From an uncultured bacterium (GTDB lineage Bacteria; Acidobacteriota; HRBIN11; JAKEFK01): a DNA stretch of 64,000 nucleotides. The position numbers were made by a program, and so were the translations under genes. Shown here piece by piece: positions 1 through 9,977 of this stretch; position 1 is the stretch's first letter, and every line of letters begins with the position of its first letter. The stretch lies in contig CAVZQN010000004.1 of NCBI GenBank assembly GCA_963777505.1, positions 832,001 to 896,000 of the forward strand, in the 5' to 3' direction. The notes beneath the pieces are model-generated. The model did not search any database, was not told the DNA's origin, and saw only the letters and a program-made list of their open reading frames with translations.

Positions 1-2
1 TT

Positions 3-596
3 CTCCAGGGAATTATTGAAGATGCCGGGGTTTCTCTTCAAATTCTATATCCACATTACAGCATACGGATCGGGAAGAGCAGAGTGATCCTGACTCATGG
101 ACATCTTTTTGATCCAAGCCAGGCATTCAGTCATGAAGTCGGAAAAGTTTTTCGCAAAAGCGAAAACTTGACTAGAAAAGATGTGCATAAAATTAGAGAA
201 CAATATTTTCGCCGTGTTTCACTGTATCAAAATGTGATCAGCGGTCTTTCGATGAAGAAAGAATTTCGAAAATGGTTTAGCTCTTTGTATGATCCTCTTT
301 CAGCATTCAAAGAAAATTGGCATCATCGATCACGAAAATCATTCTTGACGCCGGCGATGCGAAGAAGTATTGAAGCGTATGTGCGATATTGTTGCCGTCC
401 GGGCAAAGTAGGAGGGCTTATTTTCGGACATACACATAAGCCCGGAAAGGCCACTTTGAATTCCGGACCTGTGCAATATGTATGGAACTCAGGGACATTT
501 TTGCGTGAATCACCGAATTCACCTACGGGAAGCTTCATTACAATTGAACATTCCAAGAAAACAATTCCTGACGCAGTGCAAGTTCATATTTTGTAA
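3..596 (+). CDS. Metallophosphoesterase (calcineurin-like) family protein, 5'-truncated
   Basis: Frame is open from the window start (LQGIIEDAG...VILTHGHLFD); HGH and FGHTH metal motifs and a late NSG motif. Confidence 0.65.
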   Translation, partial: LQGIIEDAGVSLQILYPHYSIRIGKSRVILTHGHLFDPSQAFSHEVGKVFRKSENLTRKDVHKIREQYFRRVSLYQNVISGLSMKKEFRKWFSSLYDPLSAFKENWHHRSRKSFLTPAMRRSIEAYVRYCCRPGKVGGLIFGHTHKPGKATLNSGPVQYVWNSGTFLRESPNSPTGSFITIEHSKKTIPDAVQVHIL

Positions 597-635
597 GCCC
601 GAATTGATTTAACAAAAGCTTAGGTAGCCTTCTAT

Positions 636-1101
636 TTGAAGATATCAATACGTCGCAATACAGCGGTCTGTCCCTACTGCAAGCAGTCAGTGACTACTAA
701 GGGTGAACTCGGTTTTTGTTCTGTATGTCACACAGTGCATCATTCCGAATGTTGGCGGCAACTCAATGCATGCAGCGTGTACGGGTGTGCCGGATCCCTT
801 GCACAACTGGATGTTAAGGGGCAACGCATTCCGTTCCGACAACATTTGCTTTCATTATTTCCGCTTCTTTCCGTAATTCTTTTCATTTACGGTGGCACTT
901 ATCTTTTTAGTCGTCTCTTTCCCATGAATTATCTCGGCACATTCATTGTGTATGTTATTCTCACAATGGCGACCTTAATTTTCGTCGCATGGAGAATGAA
1001 TCGAGAGTATGCATGCCCTGCATGCGGCATGGGACTACGTCAAAAAATTGCAGGGCTCTATCTCTGCACTTTGCGGCGTGCGGTTCCAGGGCCGCCTTTG
1101 A
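636..1101 (+). CDS. Prokaryotic RING-finger membrane protein (RING, 2 TM, C-terminal Cys cluster); probable 1-nt indel near 1040-1075
   Basis: CPYC...CSVCHTVHHSECW...CSVYGC, two hydrophobic helices, then CPAC. Deleting one base gives ...CGVRFQGRL-TGA(1099-1101), just before the sulfatase start. Confidence 0.55.
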
Positions 1102-1127
1102 CAAATGGAATGATGATGCAAAACCCA

Positions 1128-2531
1128 ATGATATTGATCAAGATTACCATCGCGCTAGTTTGCGTTCTGATGAACTCTGGACTCTGGGCTGCTCCGCAGC
1201 ATGAGCGGCCGAATATCATCTTCATTCTCATTGACGACTTGCGATGGGATGAGATGGATTATCCGTTTGTGAAAGTTCCGAACATTCAGCGCATTGCACG
1301 TGATGGAGCGCGATTCACAAATGCTTTCGTAACCACGCCACTTTGTTCGCCCAGCCGTGCTAGCTTTCTTACCGGACAGTATGCGCACAAGCACGGCATT
1401 ACGGATAACACCGATCGCAGTAAGCGGAGCCATGAGCTAATCACGTTCCCGCGTTTGCTTCACGATTCTGGCTATGAGACGGCCTTCATGGGCAAATGGC
1501 ACATGGGTCTTGATGACAACGTAAGGCCAGGGATCGATCATTGGGTCAGTGTAAAAGGGCAGGGCAGTTATATCGATCCTGAGTTCAACGTGAATGGTAA
1601 ACGTGAGAACATCTCCGGATACTTCACCGACATTCTCAACAAGTTCGCTCTTGATTTCTTGAAGCAGAAGCACTCAAAGCCATACTTGCTTTATATTTCG
1701 CACAAAGCAGTGCATCCTGACCTGATTCAAAACGCTGACGGAAGCGTGTCTGATCCGAATGCAGGAAAATTTATCCCTGCCAAAAAATATTCGCAGCTTT
1801 ACGCGGGAGCTACAATTCCGCATCGTCCAAATTATGGAAAAACTCCAGAAGGCAAACCTGCGCTACTCAGATCAATCCCAGGAATGAATCAACTCAGTTC
1901 AAAAACTGTAACGGACGACGAAACGATTCTCAATCGGTTACGAATGCTCGCGTCTGTAGACGAAGGTTTGGGTCAGATTTTGGAGACTCTTGAAACGCAA
2001 GGAGAGTTGGACAACACATTGATCGTGTTTACAAGCGACGAAGGATACTTTTATGGTGAACACGGTCTGAGTGTTGAGCGAAGGTTGGCATACGAAGAGT
2101 CTGCAAGAATTCCGCTATACATTCGCTGGCCAAAGCTCATCAAGTCTGGTACCACAATTAATGAAGTGACTCTCAGTATCGACCTAGCTCCTACTTTATT
2201 AGAAATCAGCGGTGCTCCAGCCGCAAAAAACATGCACGGACGCTCACTCGTTCCACTTTTGCGAGGCGACAAAATTCAATGGCGCAACGCGTTCCTGATC
2301 GAATATTTCTCAGATAAAGTTTTCCCGCGAGTATTAAAAATGGGTTACCAGTGCGTGCGAACGGAGAAATGGAAGTACATCCACTACGTTGACCTCAATG
2401 GAATGGATGAACTATACGATCTCCATGCCGATCCGTTCGAAATGAGGAATGTTATCAGCGATCCTGACTCGCAGTCTGCCTTAAATGAGATGAAAGCTGA
2501 ACTGAAACGCCAGTTACAAGAAACCGATTAA
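1128..2531 (+). CDS. Secreted Cys-type sulfatase (N-acetylglucosamine-6-sulfatase-like)
   Basis: Signal peptide MILIKITIALVCVLMNSGLWA; PNIIFILIDD; CSPSRASFLTG formylglycine motif; GKWH; ELYDL. Confidence 0.85.
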   Translation: MILIKITIALVCVLMNSGLWAAPQHERPNIIFILIDDLRWDEMDYPFVKVPNIQRIARDGARFTNAFVTTPLCSPSRASFLTGQYAHKHGITDNTDRSKRSHELITFPRLLHDSGYETAFMGKWHMGLDDNVRPGIDHWVSVKGQGSYIDPEFNVNGKRENISGYFTDILNKFALDFLKQKHSKPYLLYISHKAVHPDLIQNADGSVSDPNAGKFIPAKKYSQLYAGATIPHRPNYGKTPEGKPALLRSIPGMNQLSSKTVTDDETILNRLRMLASVDEGLGQILETLETQGELDNTLIVFTSDEGYFYGEHGLSVERRLAYEESARIPLYIRWPKLIKSGTTINEVTLSIDLAPTLLEISGAPAAKNMHGRSLVPLLRGDKIQWRNAFLIEYFSDKVFPRVLKMGYQCVRTEKWKYIHYVDLNGMDELYDLHADPFEMRNVISDPDSQSALNEMKAELKRQLQETD

Positions 2532-2992
2532 TGAAGATGAACGACCTTCGGCTTATGCAAATCAATATTGATGGAACGCCACAAGAGGACGTCGGAATTC
2601 TTTCGCAAGAAGCGAAAGATGTTTGTACTCAAACTGTATCCCTGTATCGTTTAGCTGGGTTTAATCCGCCGTGGGTTGGATATCTTGCGTTGCAAGGGTC
2701 TCAACTAGTCGGCACTTGCGCTTTTACGGGAGCCCCTAAGGACGGTCGTCTTGAGATCGCATATTTCACTTTTCCTGAGTTTGAGGGCCGTGGCATAGCA
2801 ACTTCTATGGCAAGTGAGCTCATCGAGATCGTAATTGCGTCGGGCATTAACGTTCTAGTCTTCGCTCACACGTTGCCGGTTCTCAATGCGTCAAATAGCA
2901 TATTGAAGAAGCTAGGTTTCGTATTCTCTGGCGTTGTAGCCCATTCCGAAGAAGGATCCGTTTGGGAGTGGCAGTTTAGAATAGGTGAATGA
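2531..2992 (+). CDS. GNAT N-acetyltransferase (RimJ/RimL-like)
   Basis: EIAY..FPEFEGRGIA and N.AS..ILKKLGF motifs. Confidence 0.8.
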   Translation: MKMNDLRLMQINIDGTPQEDVGILSQEAKDVCTQTVSLYRLAGFNPPWVGYLALQGSQLVGTCAFTGAPKDGRLEIAYFTFPEFEGRGIATSMASELIEIVIASGINVLVFAHTLPVLNASNSILKKLGFVFSGVVAHSEEGSVWEWQFRIGE

Positions 2993-3103
2993 GGTAGCTT
3001 AGCTTTTAGTGTTCCATTCAGCGTTTTGCAATGGAATCGTAACGCTGAGAAAAGCATTTAACAAATTATACTGAAGCATTAGCCAATCGTTCCAGGAGTA
3101 GCG

Positions 3104-3502
3104 ATGAATTGGATCGTAGCCAATATGAAGTGGGTGATGCTGATATGTGGATTACTCACGTTCACGATGGTCTATGCCGCCATTTCTCCGGATGCTTCCT
3201 TGCGTTCAACGTTCGGAGAGACATTGAATGGTCCAGTTGCAGACATTATCGTTCGGAGTTGGGGTGCACTGATTGCCATGGGCGGATTAATGTTGATCTA
3301 CGGAGCGTTCAATTCTTCTTACCGGCCGCTCATTCTGATCTACACCGGACTTGGCAAGTTGATCTTCATCGGCCTTGTTCTCGCTCATGGTACGAAATAC
3401 CTCAGCCATCAGGCCGGCCTCGCCGTTGTTATTGATTCATTGATGATTTTGCTTTTCATCGCGTATCTTTTCGGACTAAGACGCGATTTGAGTTTAAGAT
3501 GA
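3104..3502 (+). CDS. Small 4-TM membrane protein
   Basis: Four hydrophobic helices; AGGAG RBS upstream. Confidence 0.7.
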   Translation: MNWIVANMKWVMLICGLLTFTMVYAAISPDASLRSTFGETLNGPVADIIVRSWGALIAMGGLMLIYGAFNSSYRPLILIYTGLGKLIFIGLVLAHGTKYLSHQAGLAVVIDSLMILLFIAYLFGLRRDLSLR

Positions 3503-4242
3503 GTGGTTCAACATCGATGTTTTGCAAGGGTTGTTGGCAACATATGCATGTGCCAATTCCAATTCGTGGAATTCTTTCAATTCCATTTCGCTCAATCGGT
3601 ATCAAAAAAAGTCAGATGAACCCTAATTTATGTACGATTTGCGAAACGAACTTTACTAAAGTAAAAAAGAAAAAACAGGTTGTCATTCCAGCGACCATAT
3701 TGTTTGCTGATTTGCGAGGCTACACAAGCCTTTCTGAAAGAGCGCATGGGACAGAAGTTCTTCCTATGTTGCATAACTTTTATGATGAGTGTGCTTCTGC
3801 AATTTGGGAAAGGGACGGGATTGTCAATAAATTCATCGGAGATGCTGTGCTTGCCATCTTTAATTTTCCAATTATGCGAGAGGATCATGTACGGCAAGCA
3901 GTCTTAGCTGGAATGGAAATACAAAAAAGGTTTGTTGAAAAAAAGAATCTAACGGTTACGACGATCGGTGGAAAGGACGTTTCAATCGGGATTGGAGTTG
4001 GAATTCATACAGGCAATGCTTCCATTGGCGAGGTCGGCACTGCGTACAAAGATTTCACAATCATAGGCCCTGTTGTGAATCTGGCTTCGCGAATTCAAGG
4101 AGCTGCTGAGCTTGGTGAAGTTCTTGTGACCGAAGCCGTTTATCGACAGGTAGAGGACCTTTTTCCGCAGGCTGAAAACCGCCCGTATCAACTGAAAGGA
4201 ATCGAAGAACCCGTTATTGGATATCTGTTACGCTCTAAATAA
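3499..4242 (+). CDS. Class III adenylate/guanylate cyclase with N-terminal 4-Cys module
   Basis: ILFADLRGYT, NKFIGDA, GVGIHTG, TIIGPVVNLASR; N-terminal CKGC...CTIC; ATGA overlap with the upstream gene. Confidence 0.88.
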   Translation: MSGSTSMFCKGCWQHMHVPIPIRGILSIPFRSIGIKKSQMNPNLCTICETNFTKVKKKKQVVIPATILFADLRGYTSLSERAHGTEVLPMLHNFYDECASAIWERDGIVNKFIGDAVLAIFNFPIMREDHVRQAVLAGMEIQKRFVEKKNLTVTTIGGKDVSIGIGVGIHTGNASIGEVGTAYKDFTIIGPVVNLASRIQGAAELGEVLVTEAVYRQVEDLFPQAENRPYQLKGIEEPVIGYLLRSK

Positions 4243-5036
4243 TGCTTAATCTCGAATCCGGAGAGTATCTGGGTGTTGCCAGAAGAAAATATGACGCTGA
4301 AGGTGTGTTGATTAGTGAGGTTGAATATCATCAACGCGTATTTGAAGGATGGCACGATCATAAGAACAAACACCTGACGCTTCTTGTCACCGGAGGAAAT
4401 AAGGAACAGAGAAAGCATGCGGAGTTACGAGCTTACCCGGGTGAGGTTCTTATTTACAATAGCGGAGAGCTGCACCGCAACATCAATACACTTCACCCCT
4501 CTTTGAATATTAATATTGAAATCGAAGATGTTTTCTTCGAAAATTATTCTCTCGCTCCTGGTTTATTCGACAAACTATCGCCTGATCATCCGAATTTGAA
4601 GCTTGCAGTATTGAAAGCGTTTCGAGAGTGTCTTTCAAATGATGCTCAAACCACCATGACCATCCATTCCATTTTGCTTAGCTTGTTGAGTCCCCGAAGA
4701 CAAGAAAGGATGATCAATCAATATCCGCGGTGGGTGCCTCGAGTTAAAGAAATAATTCATGATCGTTGGAACGAAAAACTTTCGCTGAAAGAGCTTTCGC
4801 TGGCTGCAGGTGTTCATCCCGTCACAATTTCGAAAAGCTTTTCCAGATACTTCTTTTGTTCGCCAGGTGAGTACATGCGTCAAGTAAAGATCGAGAAATC
4901 AGTTTGTTTGATCAAGCAAACGCAAATACCCCTAACTGAAATCGCCCATCGCTGTGGCTTTTCTGATCAAAGCCATTTCATCCGAACATTTAAAGCTGTA
5001 ACAGGTTTTCTACCCAAAGAGTTCAGGAATCTGTAA
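4242..5036 (+). CDS. AraC family transcriptional regulator
   Basis: C-terminal EIAHRCGFSDQSHFIRTFK...G..P..FR signature; cupin-like N-terminus. Confidence 0.9.
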   Translation: MLNLESGEYLGVARRKYDAEGVLISEVEYHQRVFEGWHDHKNKHLTLLVTGGNKEQRKHAELRAYPGEVLIYNSGELHRNINTLHPSLNINIEIEDVFFENYSLAPGLFDKLSPDHPNLKLAVLKAFRECLSNDAQTTMTIHSILLSLLSPRRQERMINQYPRWVPRVKEIIHDRWNEKLSLKELSLAAGVHPVTISKSFSRYFFCSPGEYMRQVKIEKSVCLIKQTQIPLTEIAHRCGFSDQSHFIRTFKAVTGFLPKEFRNL

Positions 5037-5103
5037 GCAGGCTAAAATCATTCTATTTTTGGATACGCATCTGTGAAATCTTCGTAAAGGACACGGAGGA
5101 TTC

Positions 5104-6063
5104 ATGAAATCAATTCTTGCAATAATCTGTTTCTTTATTTGTGCGGTTCTTCAAGCTCAAAGTCTGCCGAAAGAAGAAATCGATAGTGCAGTCGTAAAAA
5201 TATCAGATCTCATCAAAAGCAACTATGTGTTCGAGGAACAAGGAAACAGAATCGCGGCTCATTTGGAACAAAAGAAACTGGAATTTAAGTCAGTAAAAAA
5301 CTGGGATGAATTCGCCGCTATATGTAACGGGATTTTGCAGTCGTACAGTAACGATGGGCATCTCTTTGTTCGTCATGATGCGAAAACCGTCAAAGAGCTA
5401 TTGACTGCCACAGATCACGAAAGCGAGTCCGCAGTTGATGATCCTTTCTTTCATAGCAAAGGAGCGAGCGAGAGAAACTTCGGGTTTGAAGAAGTAAAGA
5501 TTCTTGAGGACAACATCGGCTACATCAAACTTTCGGAAATAAACATTTCAGAGAAAAGCCTTCCGACACTGTTTGCTGCGATGGAGTTTGTCTCTAACAC
5601 TAAAGCGCTAATCCTGGATCTTCGGGATAATGGAGGAGGCGGTAGTGAGGTCGGTCCCGTGCTGGAAAGTTTTTTCCTTCCTAAAAATATTGACCTTCTG
5701 GAATTCAAGAGCAGAACCGGTGAGGTCACAGCCGAGAAAACAGTCCCATGGCTCACACAGAAGAAGTACAACCATCCTCTGTTCATTATTATTAATAAAA
5801 AGACGGGTTCGGCCGCGGAGGCTCTAGCTTTCGTCTTGCAAGCCAAGAAAAGGGCCATTGTCGTAGGGAGTCCTTCAGCCGGGGCAGCTTATATGAACTC
5901 ATGGTATGTCGTAAACGAGAATGTATTTGCCTCTATTTCAACAGGAGCGCCAACCTTACCCGGAACTGATACTTCCTGGGAAAAAAGTGGAGTACAGCCA
6001 GATCATACTGTCGCCGAAGGTGATGGATTAAAATATATATTGGAGAAGATCAAAAAGAATTAA
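5104..6063 (+). CDS. S41 family peptidase, secreted
   Basis: Signal peptide; IGYIKL, LDLRDNGGG, TGSAAE, GVQPD motifs. Confidence 0.88.
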   Translation: MKSILAIICFFICAVLQAQSLPKEEIDSAVVKISDLIKSNYVFEEQGNRIAAHLEQKKLEFKSVKNWDEFAAICNGILQSYSNDGHLFVRHDAKTVKELLTATDHESESAVDDPFFHSKGASERNFGFEEVKILEDNIGYIKLSEINISEKSLPTLFAAMEFVSNTKALILDLRDNGGGGSEVGPVLESFFLPKNIDLLEFKSRTGEVTAEKTVPWLTQKKYNHPLFIIINKKTGSAAEALAFVLQAKKRAIVVGSPSAGAAYMNSWYVVNENVFASISTGAPTLPGTDTSWEKSGVQPDHTVAEGDGLKYILEKIKKN

Positions 6064-6085
6064 ATCCAAATGGAAGGATAGTACT

Positions 6086-6652
6086 ATGGAAATAGTATTT
6101 GATATTGCCTTGACCGATCAACAGTTCGAACAGATATTACAACTCCAAAGAAAAAATCTTGTGAGTGAGATCAGCGCGGATCAACAAGCGCAGCAGGGTT
6201 TTGTTTTTGCAGAACATACAGTTCCATTGTTAAAAAGGATGGCATCTGAATTGCCACAGGTAATAGCAGTCAGCAGTGGCAGAGTAGTTGGTTACAATCT
6301 CGCGATGCCTGCTTCAATGAAAAATGAGATCGCGAGTCTGGTGCCGATGTTTACGGAATTCGAGCGGTGTGAATACAAGGGTAAACCTTTATCAAAGTAT
6401 CGGTTTATAGTGGGTGGACAAGTTTGCGTAGATAAAGAATTCAGAGGGCATGGTTTATTAAGCAGGCTTTACCACGAAACCAAAAACAGAGTGTCATCTG
6501 ATTATCAGCTCTGTGTTACCGAGGTGTCTGCAAGAAACAACCACGGTTTAAAAGCGCATCAGAAGATGGGCTTTGAAGAGGTCAGTACGTATCATGATGG
6601 AAAAGAGCTGTGGAAAGTCGTAGTCTGGGATATGGAAAATACTCAGAAATGA
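6086..6652 (+). CDS. GNAT N-acetyltransferase
   Basis: GQVCVDKEFRGHG and N..LKAHQKMGF motifs. Confidence 0.8.
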   Translation: MEIVFDIALTDQQFEQILQLQRKNLVSEISADQQAQQGFVFAEHTVPLLKRMASELPQVIAVSSGRVVGYNLAMPASMKNEIASLVPMFTEFERCEYKGKPLSKYRFIVGGQVCVDKEFRGHGLLSRLYHETKNRVSSDYQLCVTEVSARNNHGLKAHQKMGFEEVSTYHDGKELWKVVVWDMENTQK

Positions 6653-7113
6653 AGCGTAGTCCTGCAGCTTTTGCAATCGTTGTTGGCGGTCTTGTTGCCG
6701 GCATATTTGATATCACATACGCGATTATTTTTTCCTCCTTTCGTGGCCGTACTGCAATTGGCACTCTTCAATCGGTTGCCAGCGGTATTCTAGGCACAGA
6801 GGCTTACAATGGCTGGCTCAATACCGCGATTCTTGGTCTCTTGCTTCATTTCTTCATAGCATTTTCAGCAGCCGCGATATTTTACATGTTTAGCCGGAAG
6901 ATTCGCTTTCTTACGCAACATGCAATCGTATCGGGCCTTCTTTACGGAATTATTATCTACGGGGTAATGAATCTGATCGTTCTACCGTTGTCCGCGTATC
7001 CGCATCATATTAACTTTTCGCCTTCACGGCTTGCAATCAACTTGTTTGTCCACATGTTTCTAATTGGACTTCCAATCGCACTAGCAGTGCGGAAAGCCGC
7101 AGCTTCTATATAA
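6649..7113 (+). CDS. 4-TM membrane protein
   Basis: ATGA overlap with the GNAT stop; GLVAGIFDI, LQSVASG, GLLLHF; hydrophobic helices. Confidence 0.7.
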   Translation: MKRSPAAFAIVVGGLVAGIFDITYAIIFSSFRGRTAIGTLQSVASGILGTEAYNGWLNTAILGLLLHFFIAFSAAAIFYMFSRKIRFLTQHAIVSGLLYGIIIYGVMNLIVLPLSAYPHHINFSPSRLAINLFVHMFLIGLPIALAVRKAAASI

Positions 7114-7120
7114 TATTGCC

Positions 7121-7750
7121 ATGGGATACATAACGAAATTACTCGGCAGCACTGAAAACATTACGTTCCGAACGCGGCGGCATTTCTTTGTTATTTTCAG
7201 CGCGATACTGAAAGAGTTCTTGATTCTGCTCGCGTGTGCAATCGCGTTTGTATTTGTTCAAAATTGGTATAAGGGTGATCCGTTGTTCATTTACATCGGA
7301 CTCGCCGTGTTAGCGTTCTGGGCACTCATTTCTGCGCTGGTCGATATTATCAAGTGGCAGAATGATGAATTCGTAGTGACAAATCACCGCGTAATTCGAG
7401 TGAGCGGAGTTTTCAGTAAAAATATTCTGGATTCTTCACTCAATAAGATTAATGACGTCATTCTTCAACAAAGCTGGTTGGGCAGAATCTTCAATTATGG
7501 AACGATCAAAATCTTAACTGCGACAGAAGAAGTCATAAATCTTTTGGACCGCATCCAAAACCCGATCGGATTCAAACAGGCAATGCTTGAATCGAAAAGT
7601 TTACTTGAACCGGTGGGCGGGCATGCCGCTTTTGCAGCGCCGCTAACGGCAACACAACTTCTCGAAGAATTGGAGCAGTTGCGCGCACGACAAATGATTT
7701 CTGATGCGGAATATCAAGAAAAGCGGAAAGAAATTTTGAAACGAATGTAA
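7121..7750 (+). CDS. Bacterial PH-domain membrane protein with C-terminal SHOCT domain
   Basis: 2 TM; VVTNHRVI..SG...LGRIFNYGTI; LEELEQLR...ISDAEYQEKRKEIL. Confidence 0.8.
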   Translation: MGYITKLLGSTENITFRTRRHFFVIFSAILKEFLILLACAIAFVFVQNWYKGDPLFIYIGLAVLAFWALISALVDIIKWQNDEFVVTNHRVIRVSGVFSKNILDSSLNKINDVILQQSWLGRIFNYGTIKILTATEEVINLLDRIQNPIGFKQAMLESKSLLEPVGGHAAFAAPLTATQLLEELEQLRARQMISDAEYQEKRKEILKRM

Positions 7751-7759
7751 GAGGCTTCT

Positions 7760-8281
7760 ATGATTCGATTGTTTTTGTTTTTGCTTCTTGTTCCATCATT
7801 CGTCTTTTCTTACACAGTAGTAAGAAAAGATGGAAGACCATTTCATGGAGATTTGATTACCGAAACCTCCGAGCACATTCTTTTGGAAGATAAAATTGGA
7901 ATAAAAGTAAAGTTCAAAAAAGATCAGCTCGATCTCGAAAAAACAAAACAAGCGAATACAGGATCAAAAAAGGAAGATAAGGACTCAGCTTTCGCTCCTA
8001 AACCAGAGCCGGCATACGAAACAAAAACAATTGGTAACGATCAAACAGAAAATACCTGGACAGGCGAAAAAATATCAGTCGATTTCAAAGACATCGACAT
8101 CAAAGATTTCTTCCGATTTATTGCTGAGATTAGCGGAATGAATATGATTCTGGATCCCGCAGTGAAAGGTTCATTAACAATCCGTTTGGTTGATGTTCCA
8201 TGGGATCAAGCACTCGACTTAGTCTGCCGGCAATATGGCTATGGATACCAAATCGAGGGGAATGTTTATTCAGTGAAGTAG
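7760..8281 (+). CDS. Secreted protein with a stand-alone PilQ/secretin N0 (STN-like) domain
   Basis: Signal peptide; GEKISVDFKDIDIKDFFRFIAEISGMN...VKG..TIRL.DVPWDQALD, followed by a stop. Confidence 0.72.
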   Translation: MIRLFLFLLLVPSFVFSYTVVRKDGRPFHGDLITETSEHILLEDKIGIKVKFKKDQLDLEKTKQANTGSKKEDKDSAFAPKPEPAYETKTIGNDQTENTWTGEKISVDFKDIDIKDFFRFIAEISGMNMILDPAVKGSLTIRLVDVPWDQALDLVCRQYGYGYQIEGNVYSVK

Positions 8282-8316
8282 TCTTTGCACCGCGCAAACG
8301 GAATTCTCTAAAGCCG

Positions 8317-8416
8317 AATCACGGAAACACGGAAGTCACGAAAAACACGAAAAAGATCTAATATTTTCTCTAATATTTGATTTCGTGTTTTCAGTGAATT
8401 TTGAGTTTTCGTGATT
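8317..8416. repeat. 9-mer tandem/inverted repeat hairpin (CACGRAAAA type) between convergent genes
   Basis: AATCACGGAAACACGGAAGTCACGAAAAACACGAAA ... TTTCGTGTTTTCAGTGAATTTTGAGTTTTCGTGATT. Confidence 0.7.
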
Positions 8417-8527
8417 ATGATGTCTTTGCAAGAAAAACCAAGATTCAACAATGAGCTATGCAAAGTAGAAATGAAAAGTAAACTCGGCGTACTCGGCGTT
8501 AAAAAAGATGGTTCGTAAGAAGAAATA

Positions 8528-8815
8528 CTAACGCGGAACTTTGCCCAGTACGTTGATCTCTTCTTCGTAATATCTACGATATAGAATTTGCCATTCCTGT
8601 CCTCCTTCGGGAATTTTCCGCTTAAAGGAGGCAATTCGATCACGTACTTTTTGATCCAGCATCTCGTCAATTTTCAATCGATTGTTTAACACTTTTACGA
8701 TTTCAAGCCGAATTTCATTTAAATCTGTTTTTAAAATTACTTCAGGATCCACACGTAATGCTTCTGCGACTTGATGAGAGATGCGGGTTACTTTTTCACG
8801 ACTTAGTCTCAACAT
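8528..8815 (-). CDS. DUF507 family protein
   Basis: MLRLSREKV...IPEGGQEWQILYRRYYEEE pattern. Confidence 0.75.
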   Translation of the reverse strand: MLRLSREKVTRISHQVAEALRVDPEVILKTDLNEIRLEIVKVLNNRLKIDEMLDQKVRDRIASFKRKIPEGGQEWQILYRRYYEEEINVLGKVPR

Positions 8816-9093
8816 TAAAAAATTAAGTTCCTTTCTCTTTGAAGTTTAGCCTTAACCTTCTTGAACATCTCGTGATATTGCACATTTGCTGCCTGAATCT
8901 CGTCATTGTGTTCGGTCAGAATCTGGCGGACTTCCTCATCAACTTTATCCTCGACCATGAGCTCTTCGAGAATGACTTGATGGACGAGAGAATAGAGCTT
9001 TTCTCTATCGGGATGGCCGATCATATCTTGAGAAACCAGCTCGTGAAGGATCTGTCCCGCCATGTCATCCACCATTTTTTTTGGCACGCGCAT
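8815..9093 (-). CDS. DUF507 family protein
   Basis: ELMVEDKVDEEVR...YHEMFKKVK.KL.RER pattern; tandem with its paralog. Confidence 0.75.
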   Translation of the reverse strand: MRVPKKMVDDMAGQILHELVSQDMIGHPDREKLYSLVHQVILEELMVEDKVDEEVRQILTEHNDEIQAANVQYHEMFKKVKAKLQRERNLIF

Positions 9094-9171
9094 AAAAACC
9101 CCTTCAAGAAGATAAACCGTAATATTACCAGAAATCCTCTAAAACTCACAAGACCTTGGCCACTTTTTTGC

Positions 9172-9957
9172 TTAAGAGGAACCGCGAAGACGCTGAGGGT
9201 ATTTTTTGGTAATGGAAAGAACTTCAGGCAGTAAAGAGCCATTTGTTGAGATGCCTTCCGATGAATAAGCAGTGCGATTGCCCTGCCAATCTGTAAATGT
9301 TCCGCCGGCTTCCTCAATAATTGGAATGAGAGCTCCCGCATCCCATGGATTCAATACCGGATCAACGCAAATACCGGCTCTTCCTGTTGCAACCAGAATA
9401 TGCGCATAACAATCACCCCATGTGCGTTGCCAGGCTGTAGCCGTTTCCAACTCGTTGTAAGCTTCCAAACGTCCAGATTCCACAAAATATTCCCTGCCTG
9501 AATGACAGAACAACGCATCTTTAAGTGAAGTAATTTGATTCACGTGCGCGCGAGTTCCATTCCAGAAACATCCCTCGCCTCGGGCAGCACCGATAATCTC
9601 ATTCAATACAGGAAGGTTTACAACACCCACCGAAAAATTTCCGGAAATTTCCAATGCCAGCATCACTCCATAAATTGGAACTCCCTGAGCAAAAGCTTTG
9701 GTGCCATCAATAGGATCAATGTACCAACAGTACTCATTGGTCGATTTATCACCACCGTACTCTTCCCCAATGATTGAATGCGACGGAAAATGTGTTTGAA
9801 TTAGTTCGCGAATTTTTTGTTCTGATTTTCGATCGGCAATTGTGACAGGAGACTGATCAGCTTTTCTTTCAATTTCAAAATCTTTTTGAAAGTATTCGAG
9901 CGTGATTCTGCCTGCTTGTTCACAAGCATCCATTGCAAAGCTAAGAAATTCTTTCAT
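9172..9957 (-). CDS. hisN: Histidinol-phosphatase / inositol monophosphatase family
   Basis: K.D.SPVT.AD, GEE, WYIDPIDGTKAF, WGDCY and PWD motifs. Confidence 0.75.
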   Translation of the reverse strand: MKEFLSFAMDACEQAGRITLEYFQKDFEIERKADQSPVTIADRKSEQKIRELIQTHFPSHSIIGEEYGGDKSTNEYCWYIDPIDGTKAFAQGVPIYGVMLALEISGNFSVGVVNLPVLNEIIGAARGEGCFWNGTRAHVNQITSLKDALFCHSGREYFVESGRLEAYNELETATAWQRTWGDCYAHILVATGRAGICVDPVLNPWDAGALIPIIEEAGGTFTDWQGNRTAYSSEGISTNGSLLPEVLSITKKYPQRLRGSS

Positions 9958-9977
9958 AACTACAAAGACGCAGAGTT

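Noticed and set aside
636-2531. Apparent RING-finger/sulfatase fusion
   Set aside because: There is an internal signal peptide at 1128 and a stop at 1099-1101 after a one-base correction; better explained as two genes.
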